Positions 1 through 7,851 of a DNA stretch of 34,153 nucleotides are shown one piece after another; within the stretch, counting starts at the first letter, position 1; each line of letters starts with the position of its first letter. The position numbers and the translations under genes are program-made. The notes under the pieces are model-generated. The model had not been told where the DNA came from. It saw only the letters and a list, made by a program, of their open reading frames with translations, and did not search any database. This DNA is from a virus (lineage: Duplodnaviria; Caudoviricetes), in IMG/VR virus record IMGVR_UViG_3300031999_000113, positions 1 through 34,153 of that record, one strand, 5' to 3'.

Positions 1-2
1 GT

Positions 3-395
3 GACGACGATCCGAATTGCAAGCATCTCGACGATGAAATGCTTCACCCATACACCGATGATGACGGCGACGAGACGGTTGTGGCGGAACTCTGTGGCCG
101 CATGATTAAGAAGAACGGTAAATGGGAGGGCGATCCGAAGTCGGTGAAGTTCATTGAAGCGTCATGGGTTGCCAAGCCCGCGTTCTATGGGGCAGTGCTG
201 AACCATTACGTGTCCGAGATACCGAAGGAAGCGGCCCGTGTGCTGGCATTCTCAACGGCGAAACTCAATGAGTCGGTTGCCGATATGTTCCGCATGAGGG
301 TGGCTGACAAGATGGGCATGATTACACTCAGAGTGGCGTGCGAAGAGCTGGCGCGGCGCAAGCGCGAGGCAATGATTGAAAGGATAATTCGATGA
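3..395 (+). CDS. Prohead (capsid maturation) protease, C-terminal part; 5'-truncated by window
   Basis: Frame is open from the window edge (DDDPNCKHLDDEM...). FIEASWVAKPAFYGA resembles the catalytic-Ser 'E.S.V..PA' motif of phage prohead proteases. Lies upstream of the scaffold, decoration and capsid genes. Confidence 0.7.
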   Translation, partial: DDDPNCKHLDDEMLHPYTDDDGDETVVAELCGRMIKKNGKWEGDPKSVKFIEASWVAKPAFYGAVLNHYVSEIPKEAARVLAFSTAKLNESVADMFRMRVADKMGMITLRVACEELARRKREAMIERIIR

Positions 396-2296
396 ACAGG
401 GAAGCATTCGCAGAAGAACTGGTAAAGCTCGCCGATAGTCTGACGGCGGCAAACAAAACAAAGTACAAAGGCTATACCATTGAGCCGTCTGGTATGAACT
501 TCTATGTTACAGACCCGTCGGGCCATCGAGCGTTCGGCGAAGTCCCGGCCAGTGTCGAGACTGCGAAGAAGTGGATTGATATGGACATCCGTGAGAAGGG
601 AAAGAAATCCGCCTCCGAAGAACTCACGGCGATGGAATTCCCCACTCAGGATGCAATGGACAAGTATCTCAAGGAGCATCCCGACGCAGACAAGTCCAAA
701 CACAAGGTCAAGAAAACCAAGTCTCTGTCCGAGCAACATCCTTTCAATCCCAAAGACCCGAAGAACCCCACGGATGAAGAAATTGATAAGCATAACCGTG
801 AGTTGGCAGAGGCGGTTCGTAACAAGTATCTCAAGGAGCATCCCGACGCAGACAAGTCCAAACACAAGGTCAAGAAAACCAAGTCTCTGTCCGAGCAACA
901 TCCTTTCAATCCCAAAGACCCGAAGAACCCCACGGATGAAGAAATTGATAAGCATAACCGTGAGTTGGCAGAGGCGGTTCGTAACAAAAAAATCAAGGAA
1001 ACTCCCGACGAAGTCGAAGAGAGACTGAAGAAGCAGATGGGGGACAAATATAAGCCGCAAGAGCAGAGAGTGAAAGAAGAGACGGAGAAGTGGAACAAGA
1101 AGTTGTCCATCGCTTCCGAGCTTCTGCTGGTCGCCAAGGAACTCACGGCTATTGAGTTTCCCACTCAGGATGCCTACGACAAGTATATGAAAGAGCATCC
1201 AGATGCCGACAAGAGCCTTCATCGCGTGACGAAGACTGAGAAGAAGGAAGCCCCCGCGAAGAAAGAAGAATCTGCAAAACCGAGTGATTCTCGATCCCTT
1301 TCTGATAACTACATCAAGCGGCGGAAGGAGATTTTCAAAAAGGACTCAGGCATCAGCCACGAGGAATACGAGAATGTGGAGGGGAAGGTAAAGGCTTTGG
1401 CATACAAGGATGATGCGAATTATGCCAAGTATGAACCCTTGATTGATTCGGCATGGAAGGGCTACTTCAAGTCAGGAGAGAAGCAGCTCTTAGATGCGGC
1501 TAATGACTTGGTGAGCGAGAAACATCTGTCGAAGGAAGAAGTCGGACACATTCTTACTCGCGGGTTGTCGGAAGCCAAGGCTAATGTCGAATCGTGGGAA
1601 TCCGGCAACAATCTCTTTGGTATCAAGAAGGACGCTCCGAAATACGATCAGTATGTGCAGAACTCCAAGAACCATCTGAAGGACTGGGAGTCGCTTATTA
1701 AGAAATTCAAGGGTGGCAAAGCTGAAGCCGAAAAGAAAAGTTCCATAGTGGTGGCTTCCGAGCTGATCCATATCGCCAAGGAATTGTCAGCCGTCAACAA
1801 GTTTGAAACCCGTGATGTTGTGCTGTTCAAGAAGGACGGCAAGGATGTTGAAGCCGAAGTGGAAGAGGTAAAGTTCAACGGCGGCAAGTATCTTTACAAG
1901 ATAGACAAGTCGGAAAAGCTTGTTCCAGAATTTGAACTGAAACGAGCGGCAAGCACACAAAACAAAGAAGGAGCATCAGAAATGAGAGAGAGACTGACAG
2001 CACAGGACAAGGAAGCGGCGGACATTCTGGGGCAGATCGAAGCCCTTGAAAAGCGGTTCGCTGCCGATGACAAGGACATAGCCCAGAAGGCCGACGAGGC
2101 AGCCAAGGCTGAGAAACAGCAGATTTCCAACCCGCAGGGCGTTCAGCTCAAGGATGTTGGCGACCAGAACGCCAAGGCGAACGCGAACTGGCCCGTCGAG
2201 GACAAGATGGCCGTTGCTTCCGCGCTGGTAAAGCTGGCGAACGCCGTTCTTGCCGATGACGACGAAGAGGAAGACGACAAGGAAGCGTGCAAATAA
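392..2296 (+). CDS. Modular head-associated/internal virion protein with repeated ELxxxAKELxA helices and EFPTQDAxDKYxKEHPDADKS modules
   Basis: 634-aa ORF, ATGA-coupled to the protease gene, Lys/Glu-rich, internal repeats, possible internal start at 1982 (GAAGGAG RBS). Confidence 0.7.
   Translation: MNREAFAEELVKLADSLTAANKTKYKGYTIEPSGMNFYVTDPSGHRAFGEVPASVETAKKWIDMDIREKGKKSASEELTAMEFPTQDAMDKYLKEHPDADKSKHKVKKTKSLSEQHPFNPKDPKNPTDEEIDKHNRELAEAVRNKYLKEHPDADKSKHKVKKTKSLSEQHPFNPKDPKNPTDEEIDKHNRELAEAVRNKKIKETPDEVEERLKKQMGDKYKPQEQRVKEETEKWNKKLSIASELLLVAKELTAIEFPTQDAYDKYMKEHPDADKSLHRVTKTEKKEAPAKKEESAKPSDSRSLSDNYIKRRKEIFKKDSGISHEEYENVEGKVKALAYKDDANYAKYEPLIDSAWKGYFKSGEKQLLDAANDLVSEKHLSKEEVGHILTRGLSEAKANVESWESGNNLFGIKKDAPKYDQYVQNSKNHLKDWESLIKKFKGGKAEAEKKSSIVVASELIHIAKELSAVNKFETRDVVLFKKDGKDVEAEVEEVKFNGGKYLYKIDKSEKLVPEFELKRAASTQNKEGASEMRERLTAQDKEAADILGQIEALEKRFAADDKDIAQKADEAAKAEKQQISNPQGVQLKDVGDQNAKANANWPVEDKMAVASALVKLANAVLADDDEEEDDKEACK
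660..983 (+). repeat. Perfect in-frame tandem duplication, 2 x 162 nt (54 aa)
   Basis: 660-821 is identical to 822-983; ACAA microhomology at the junctions. Confidence 0.9.
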
Positions 2297-2335
2297 GCCA
2301 ATGAAACGCGGAAATTTCGAGCTGAAATTCACTTT

Positions 2336-2354
2336 CATAATTTTTTGATATTTT
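2336..2354 (+). promoter_or_regulatory. Motif B (putative late promoter) CATAATTTTTTGATATTTT
   Basis: One of 8 near-identical copies, each directly upstream of a gene. Confidence 0.7.
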
Positions 2355-2408
2355 ACGCATAGGGTGAAACAGCTTGATGTTTTTGCAAAACAACAGGAGA
2401 CAGAAACG

Positions 2409-2882
2409 ATGAGTATGGAAAATCTGAAAGCAAGGATAGCGGCTCTTGAAGCGAAGCTCGGCATCAAGGCTTCCCAGCCCGATGCCCGCACGGCTCTCGC
2501 GGCGGAAATTAAGTCTCTGGAGAAGAGACTCGGCATGTATGCTGGAAAAGATGAAGACGAAGACGACAAGGACGCTTGCGCAACGTGCGCCAGCGAGAAA
2601 GACCCGTCTGGCATCGAAGAGCAGATCACTCAGGACAAGTTCACCGAGGTAGAGAAGATTACCCACGGCGAAGAGCTTGCCACGTTCCCTTCCACGGAAG
2701 AGGCTGGCCGCAAGTCGCCGGGACTCACTGTCAAGGCTTCTGAGTATAACAGTCGCCTGAAGAGCGCGTCCGAGAGGCTCGACAAGGTTGCTGATTATCT
2801 GGAGAAGCATGGCCGCAAGGAGCTGGCCCTGCGCATTGACAAGATCGCGGATGCCGTTGATTCGCAAATCAGCCGCTCATAA
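2409..2882 (+). CDS. Scaffold-like coiled-coil head morphogenesis protein
   Basis: CAGGAG RBS before ATG 2409 (alternative in-frame GTG at 2364); helical and charged; lies between protease and scaffold. Confidence 0.6.
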   Translation: MSMENLKARIAALEAKLGIKASQPDARTALAAEIKSLEKRLGMYAGKDEDEDDKDACATCASEKDPSGIEEQITQDKFTEVEKITHGEELATFPSTEEAGRKSPGLTVKASEYNSRLKSASERLDKVADYLEKHGRKELALRIDKIADAVDSQISRS

Positions 2883-2923
2883 GCGGGCGTTGTAATAACT
2901 CAAAACTAGAGAGGTAACAAAAA

Positions 2924-3991
2924 ATGAGCAGAGTAAGACTTACACAGAGGAACGCCGCAGATATGAGTATTCCGTATCCCGGCAATGTCAATCAACCTGA
3001 TCGCAAAGACCCATCGTGGGACGAGTATCACACATTCGAGCAGCAAGTGAATCACGAACTGCCTGATATGCGCCATGAGTGGAAAGACAATCCCCGTGAC
3101 GACATCGGCTTCGGCATTCCAGATGCCAATCCGCCCACTGTTGCCAGCATTCGCGTAGCGGCCAACAAGGCCGTCCGCATTGCCGTGCTCCTGCTTGGCG
3201 AGAAGGTTGACGATGAGGTTGTCGAGGCTCAGGCTCGCGATCTTATGGCCATGAGCGGCGACGCAATGGACAGGACTCTCTCCCGTTTTGCGGACACTCA
3301 GAAGCTCTATGCCGAAGACAAGGAAGAGGATGACAAGGACTCGAAAAAGGCCAAGCGCGTCTGGGACAAGGATGAGAAGAAGTGGGTGGAGTCGGCTGAC
3401 AAGGACGAAGACAAGGATGAGAAAAAGGCCGAGGACAAAAAGGAAGACGAAGACAAGAAAGAGGCTTCCGCAGCCCTCGTGAAGAAGGACGACAAAAAGG
3501 CCGAAGACAAGGTTGACGAGAAGGACGAGAAGAAGGCCGAAGACAAGAAGGAAGACAAGAAGGAAATTCCTGAGTTCATCCAGAAGAAGATTGACGAGTC
3601 CAAGGAGAAGAAGTCCAAGGACGAAGAGAAGGATGAAGACAAGAAGGCCACCGACGACAAGGACGAAGACGACAAGAAAGCCGCCGCTGACAAGGATGAA
3701 GAGAAGGAAGAGAAGAAGGCCGGTATCAATGAGCTTAACATCGAGCTGACGGGCGCGGCTGACGAAGAAGTCGAGCCTGACCCCGAAGCCGACAAGCAGC
3801 TTGCATCTCTGTTTGACGACGGGTTTACCGCTGTCGAAGAGGAGAAGGACGAGGAGGAAGTCAAGTCGTCCAAGAAGGCTGGAATTAAGAAACTTGGTGG
3901 ACAGCCGAAGGTCGCCTCAACGTCTGGCGAATCGGTGGACATCAGCTCGATCTGGGAATCGGCACCCGATGTGAGTCAGGTTTTCAAATAG
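2924..3991 (+). CDS. Capsid scaffolding protein (D/E/K low-complexity, repeated KKA)
   Basis: GAGG RBS; highly charged low-complexity core; immediately upstream of decoration and capsid genes. Confidence 0.7.
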   Translation: MSRVRLTQRNAADMSIPYPGNVNQPDRKDPSWDEYHTFEQQVNHELPDMRHEWKDNPRDDIGFGIPDANPPTVASIRVAANKAVRIAVLLLGEKVDDEVVEAQARDLMAMSGDAMDRTLSRFADTQKLYAEDKEEDDKDSKKAKRVWDKDEKKWVESADKDEDKDEKKAEDKKEDEDKKEASAALVKKDDKKAEDKVDEKDEKKAEDKKEDKKEIPEFIQKKIDESKEKKSKDEEKDEDKKATDDKDEDDKKAAADKDEEKEEKKAGINELNIELTGAADEEVEPDPEADKQLASLFDDGFTAVEEEKDEEEVKSSKKAGIKKLGGQPKVASTSGESVDISSIWESAPDVSQVFK

Positions 3992-4031
3992 GCCGGAAAC
4001 AAACGAAACAAGGTAAGAGGAGAAATAGCAA

Positions 4032-4538
4032 ATGAGTCTCACAATTCTGATTCGCGGTATGCTGAACAGTATTCCTGTTCTCGCTGATGTCTGCTTCACA
4101 AAGGCAAACTATGGCGCGAACGTGGACGGAAACACAACCCTGTCGCTCAATACGCCTCGCGGCGTGCTCGGCGGCTCCGTTGCTGGTATTTCCGCAGGGA
4201 ACGATTACACGGTGTTCCCCTGCACGGACGTTCTGCGTCCTGTTGGTCTGTTCGTCAATGATGCGGCTGGCGCGGCGTTTGAAAACAGCCCCGCAGTGGC
4301 GAGCGGCAAGATTGCCGTCATGAAGTGCATGGCGTCGTTGGAAGTCGATGTGTATGAGACAAAGGGCGTCGGACACGGCGACATCACATACACGGTTGGC
4401 GATCTGCTGTACTGTTCGGCTCAGGGCCTGCTCACGAACGAAGCGTCGAACGAGTCGCTTCCGAAGACCGTGATCGGCGTTCTGACGAAGAAGCCGGTAA
4501 CGGCCAGTCCCACGATGGGTCTGGATATGCGCATATAG
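4032..4538 (+). CDS. Head decoration/cement protein
   Basis: AGGAG RBS; 168 aa, Gly/Val/Thr-rich beta-type sequence (YTVGDLLYCSAQGLLT); directly precedes the capsid gene. Confidence 0.65.
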   Translation: MSLTILIRGMLNSIPVLADVCFTKANYGANVDGNTTLSLNTPRGVLGGSVAGISAGNDYTVFPCTDVLRPVGLFVNDAAGAAFENSPAVASGKIAVMKCMASLEVDVYETKGVGHGDITYTVGDLLYCSAQGLLTNEASNESLPKTVIGVLTKKPVTASPTMGLDMRI

Positions 4539-4701
4539 TGGATTTTGAATGCACCGAAGTTCGGTGGTTCAGAAAACGATTTTGAAGCAAAATCGAAGGG
4601 GGTTGGTTGATACCAACCCCCTTATCTCAGAGAGATGCTTCCGGCCAAATAAAAACTCGTGGCCGATACAACCCGCAAGGGATGAGTGGAGGTTAATCCA
4701 A

Positions 4702-7700
4702 ATGGATAACCAAACTAAGCAGGATATCATATCCCAGCACATCCGCACTGCCGCAGGCAGGCAGCGGTTGGCTGCGAGCATTAAATGAATAGTGCTCGTA
4801 AAATCCGGTAAACTGCTGGAAACTCCCTAACAGGACAGAGTAGATAAAGAATGACAATCAACGGCATAACGATAAGTGAAGAGAAGCTTGCAAGGCTGAC
4901 TGGTATATTGTCGGTTGAAGAGCTTACATCTCTTTATGAGGTCGAAGGACTGGCCGATAACGAAATTGGAACAAGGGTCGGGTTGACTGATCGCGATGTC
5001 TGCCGAATTCGGAAGATATACGGGATAGAAACCGATCCAAGTTACGGTTTGCGTCGGAATAGTCTTCGTTTTGTGCCGCTGACAGACTTGCAGAAGCAAT
5101 ACCTTCACGGTAGTTTGTTTGGCGATTCGTGTATTGCCATTCAAAAATCGGGCTCAGGATACTGGCGAGTTCGCCACTGTCTTGCGCAGGAAGGTTACTT
5201 GCTGAGGCAGGCGGAACTTATGAAGCCGTTTGTTGCGAAAGTATCTTATGGCGAGAGGCCGTTCGAGAAAGGTGGTAAACTTTTCCCGTATGTTGACGCT
5301 CGTTCGTATGCGCTTCCGCAATTTACCGAGCTTCGTAATAAGTTCTATCCCGATGGAGAGAAGAACATCACAGCCAAACTTCTTTCGGAGATGACACCAG
5401 TTGGTTTTGCCTTCTGGTTCATGGATGATGGAAGTTGTACTGGTTACGGGTTTGATATAACAACCTTTGACCAGTTTTTCAGAGACACTGAAACCGCCAG
5501 TCGCGTTATGAAAGATACGCTTGGATTATCCATTTCGGTTAGATGGAGTTCCGATGGCGAAGGCAAGGTTCACATTCTTCGGGATAGTCACGATAAGGCT
5601 TGGAACTACATCGAGCCTTATATGTGTTCCGATCTTGTTCACAAGATTCCATTCAAGTATCGTCCTTCGTGGGACAATCAGCATCCAAGCCTGACTGGAA
5701 ACGGTCGGGAAGGTTCAACGACTGGTGGAAGCCTAAACTCGGAAGAGTATGGCGATAACACACCTTCTGAGGAAGTGATTCTTCAGAATACGCCGGACAC
5801 CTGCGAAAATCAGGTGGTGATACAGTCTGAACTCGTGGGCAACTACGAGAGACGAGAAGAAATTCTTGTCCGTGCCTAGTAGATAGGCTTGTAACAGATT
5901 TGGATTCAGCCTCTCCGCCGTCGGAGAGATTACATGTCAGTGGGTTAATTGCAGGCTCACTATAAACCCGGTAAATTGCTGGAACAGCATAGAAGAGTGT
6001 GATGAGAGAAGTGATAACAAGGCAGATTTTGGAAAATCTCTACACGGTCGAGAAGAAGACTGATGCAGAGATTGCCGAATTGCTTTGTGTTGATCCTGCG
6101 GCTGTCACTGTCGCCAGAAAACGTCATGGTATCAAGGTTGTTCGGGAATGGGAGAGAAAGAATCTTCCACTTCTTACTGATGAACAATTTGCTCTGCTTG
6201 ATGGCTCTATTCTTGGTGATGGTTGTATTGAAAAAGTACACAGTCGCTCTTGCATGCTCTCCTTTGGACATTCGCCGCTTCAGCATCGTTATGCTGGATT
6301 AAAGGCTGGAATGCTCGGAGAATATCTGAGCAGTGTTCGGGTTAGGAAAGATGGAATGATGAGGGTGCGCTCGATTGTTCATCCCGTGTTTGAATGGTAC
6401 TACGAAGAGTGCTATGTCACGCACAATGGGAAACGAGCAAAGAGAATACCCCAGTTTATTCTTGATCGACTTAACCCACTCTCGCTTGCGATCTGGTATT
6501 GCGATGACGGAAGTAAAAGCAGAGATCAAGTTTGGTTCTGCATTGGATGTCCCGTTGAAGAAGAACGACAGAATGCTATGGATTTACTTCGGTCTCGGTT
6601 CGGGCTGGAGTGTTCCATAAACAAGATGACAAATGAAGAATGCTGGAGACTGTATGTCTGGAAGCATTCTCAGCAAAAGTTCTTCGACACAGTGGGAGAG
6701 TTTGTAAACATCGCAGTTCCGTACAAGATACCTGAAAAGTATCGGATGCGGTATGCCAATCAGCAGCCAAGCCTTGTTGGAAACGACAAGGAAGGTTCAG
6801 AGACTATGGACGAAGCTAACGGCTTGTTTGCCCATGCTGGTAATGTCCAACCTGTATTCGGAAACGATATGGGTACGCCGGGCACTTTTACGAGTGAAGA
6901 TATAGTCCGAACAGTGGCGACACTTTAGGAGCTACTGACCGTGGCAGAAATGTCCACGGCGGCATCAATAGTAGATGCTAGGCAACAGATTTGCGCAAGG
7001 CGTTTTACGTCGAAGCACTCCCTGACGGAGCACTCCCGATCTACGACAAAGACCCGAACATCACGGCCTATGTCGTCGGAGAGGAAGGCGAGAACATCGT
7101 CGCGGTCGCGAAGCCGAAGCGCGTTCTGTTTCCGCTGTTCGAGATCGCCAGCAATCCCGAGATTCAGCTCACCGAGATCAAGCAGAGGCGTTTCGATCTG
7201 ATCGAGCGTTCTGTCGATCTGGGTAAGGCTGAGATCATGGCCGAGGAAGACCGCAAGGTTTTCGCGGTTATGGATGCTCTGGCGGCTGATCCGACGAACC
7301 CGAACCCTGTCATACCCGTGACGGGCAACCTGACTGCCAACGCGCTGGCCGATGCCTTCGCGAACGTGGAACGGACGGACATCAGGGTGGCAACCGTGTT
7401 CCTGAACGCCAAGGATTATGCTGACCTGCGCAAGTGGGATAGGGATACCCTCGACATCGAGACACAGGCAGTCCTGTTGAAGACTGGCCTCATGGCGACG
7501 CTGTGGGGTGCCAAGCTCATCGTTACACGTATCGTGCCGGAAGGCATTGTGTATGTGTGCGGCGAGGCGGAATTCTTCGGGCGCATTCCTGTCCGCACCG
7601 AGTTGACGGTGCTGTCGGCGGATGATCCGAAAAACAGGCTGATAGGCTTCAGCATGTTTGAACAGCTCGGAATCGGTGCGTATAACCCGTATGCACTTCA

Positions 7701-7725
7701 GCGCATGAGCATCTTGAGAGTTTAG
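4702..7725 (+). CDS. Major capsid protein, spliced: exons 4702-4781, 5903-5945, 6994-7725 (284 aa)
   Basis: GGAGGT RBS at 4688. Joining the exons at the group I boundaries gives one continuous frame MDNQTKQ...RLAASM-IQPLRRRRDYMSVG-RKAFYVEALPDGALPIYDKD...; C-terminal part has an HK97-like capsid character; followed by a strong terminator. Confidence 0.85.
4782..5902 (+). mobile_element. Group I intron 1 in major capsid gene (with LAGLIDADG ORF)
   Basis: P1: exon GCGAGCAU pairs with GUGCUCGU (4792-4799) with a U.G at the splice site. P10 UGAAU/AUUCA. Core elements UGCUGG...AAUCAGCA, GACUG/CAGUC, P3 UCCGGU/GCCGGA. Ends AACAGAUUUG (omega G 5902). Confidence 0.9.
4851..5879 (+). CDS. Intron-encoded LAGLIDADG homing endonuclease with N-terminal HTH
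   Basis: YLHGSLFGDSC and FAFWFMDDGS motifs (two-motif LAGLIDADG); located inside intron 1. Confidence 0.85.
   Translation: MTINGITISEEKLARLTGILSVEELTSLYEVEGLADNEIGTRVGLTDRDVCRIRKIYGIETDPSYGLRRNSLRFVPLTDLQKQYLHGSLFGDSCIAIQKSGSGYWRVRHCLAQEGYLLRQAELMKPFVAKVSYGERPFEKGGKLFPYVDARSYALPQFTELRNKFYPDGEKNITAKLLSEMTPVGFAFWFMDDGSCTGYGFDITTFDQFFRDTETASRVMKDTLGLSISVRWSSDGEGKVHILRDSHDKAWNYIEPYMCSDLVHKIPFKYRPSWDNQHPSLTGNGREGSTTGGSLNSEEYGDNTPSEEVILQNTPDTCENQVVIQSELVGNYERREEILVRA
5946..6993 (+). mobile_element. Group I intron 2 in major capsid gene (with LAGLIDADG ORF)
   Basis: P1: exon AGUGGGU pairs with GCUCACU (5955-5961). P10 UUGC/GCAA. Core UUGCUGG...AAUCAGCAGCCAAG...GGUUCAGAGACUA...GAUAUAGUC. Ends AACAGAUUUG (omega G 6993). 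Confidence 0.9.
5999..6928 (+). CDS. Intron-encoded LAGLIDADG homing endonuclease with N-terminal HTH
   Basis: LLDGSILGDGC and LAIWYCDDGS motifs; located inside intron 2. Confidence 0.85.
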   Translation: MMREVITRQILENLYTVEKKTDAEIAELLCVDPAAVTVARKRHGIKVVREWERKNLPLLTDEQFALLDGSILGDGCIEKVHSRSCMLSFGHSPLQHRYAGLKAGMLGEYLSSVRVRKDGMMRVRSIVHPVFEWYYEECYVTHNGKRAKRIPQFILDRLNPLSLAIWYCDDGSKSRDQVWFCIGCPVEEERQNAMDLLRSRFGLECSINKMTNEECWRLYVWKHSQQKFFDTVGEFVNIAVPYKIPEKYRMRYANQQPSLVGNDKEGSETMDEANGLFAHAGNVQPVFGNDMGTPGTFTSEDIVRTVATL

Positions 7726-7763
7726 TATTACTAGCGTATAAAACGCAGTAATATCGAGCATTT

Positions 7764-7795
7764 AGAAGCCCAAGAGAAATCTTGGGCTTCTTTTT
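7764..7795 (+). terminator. Rho-independent terminator after capsid gene
   Basis: 12-bp stem AGAAGCCCAAGA-GAAA-TCTTGGGCTTCT followed by a T run. Confidence 0.9.
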
Positions 7796-7798
7796 GTG

Positions 7799-7827
7799 TT
7801 GACGGTTATCCCTATCTCATGTATGTT
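7799..7827 (+). promoter_or_regulatory. Sigma70-like promoter
   Basis: TTGACG-17 nt-TATGTT, just upstream of the endonuclease gene. Confidence 0.55.
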
Positions 7828-7851
7828 GTAAGGAAAAATGAAAGGGATAGT

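Noticed and set aside
3300-3870. Low-complexity GACAAG/GAAGA repeats as a DNA repeat element
   Set aside because: Explained by the D/E/K-rich scaffold coding sequence
4549-7201. Capsid gene as a pseudogene, intein-containing or stop-codon-recoded gene; ORFs 4549-4788 and 6991-7725 as separate genes
   Set aside because: Group I intron boundaries explain the interruptions exactly; no intein terminal motifs; TAA, TAG and TGA all act as normal stops elsewhere
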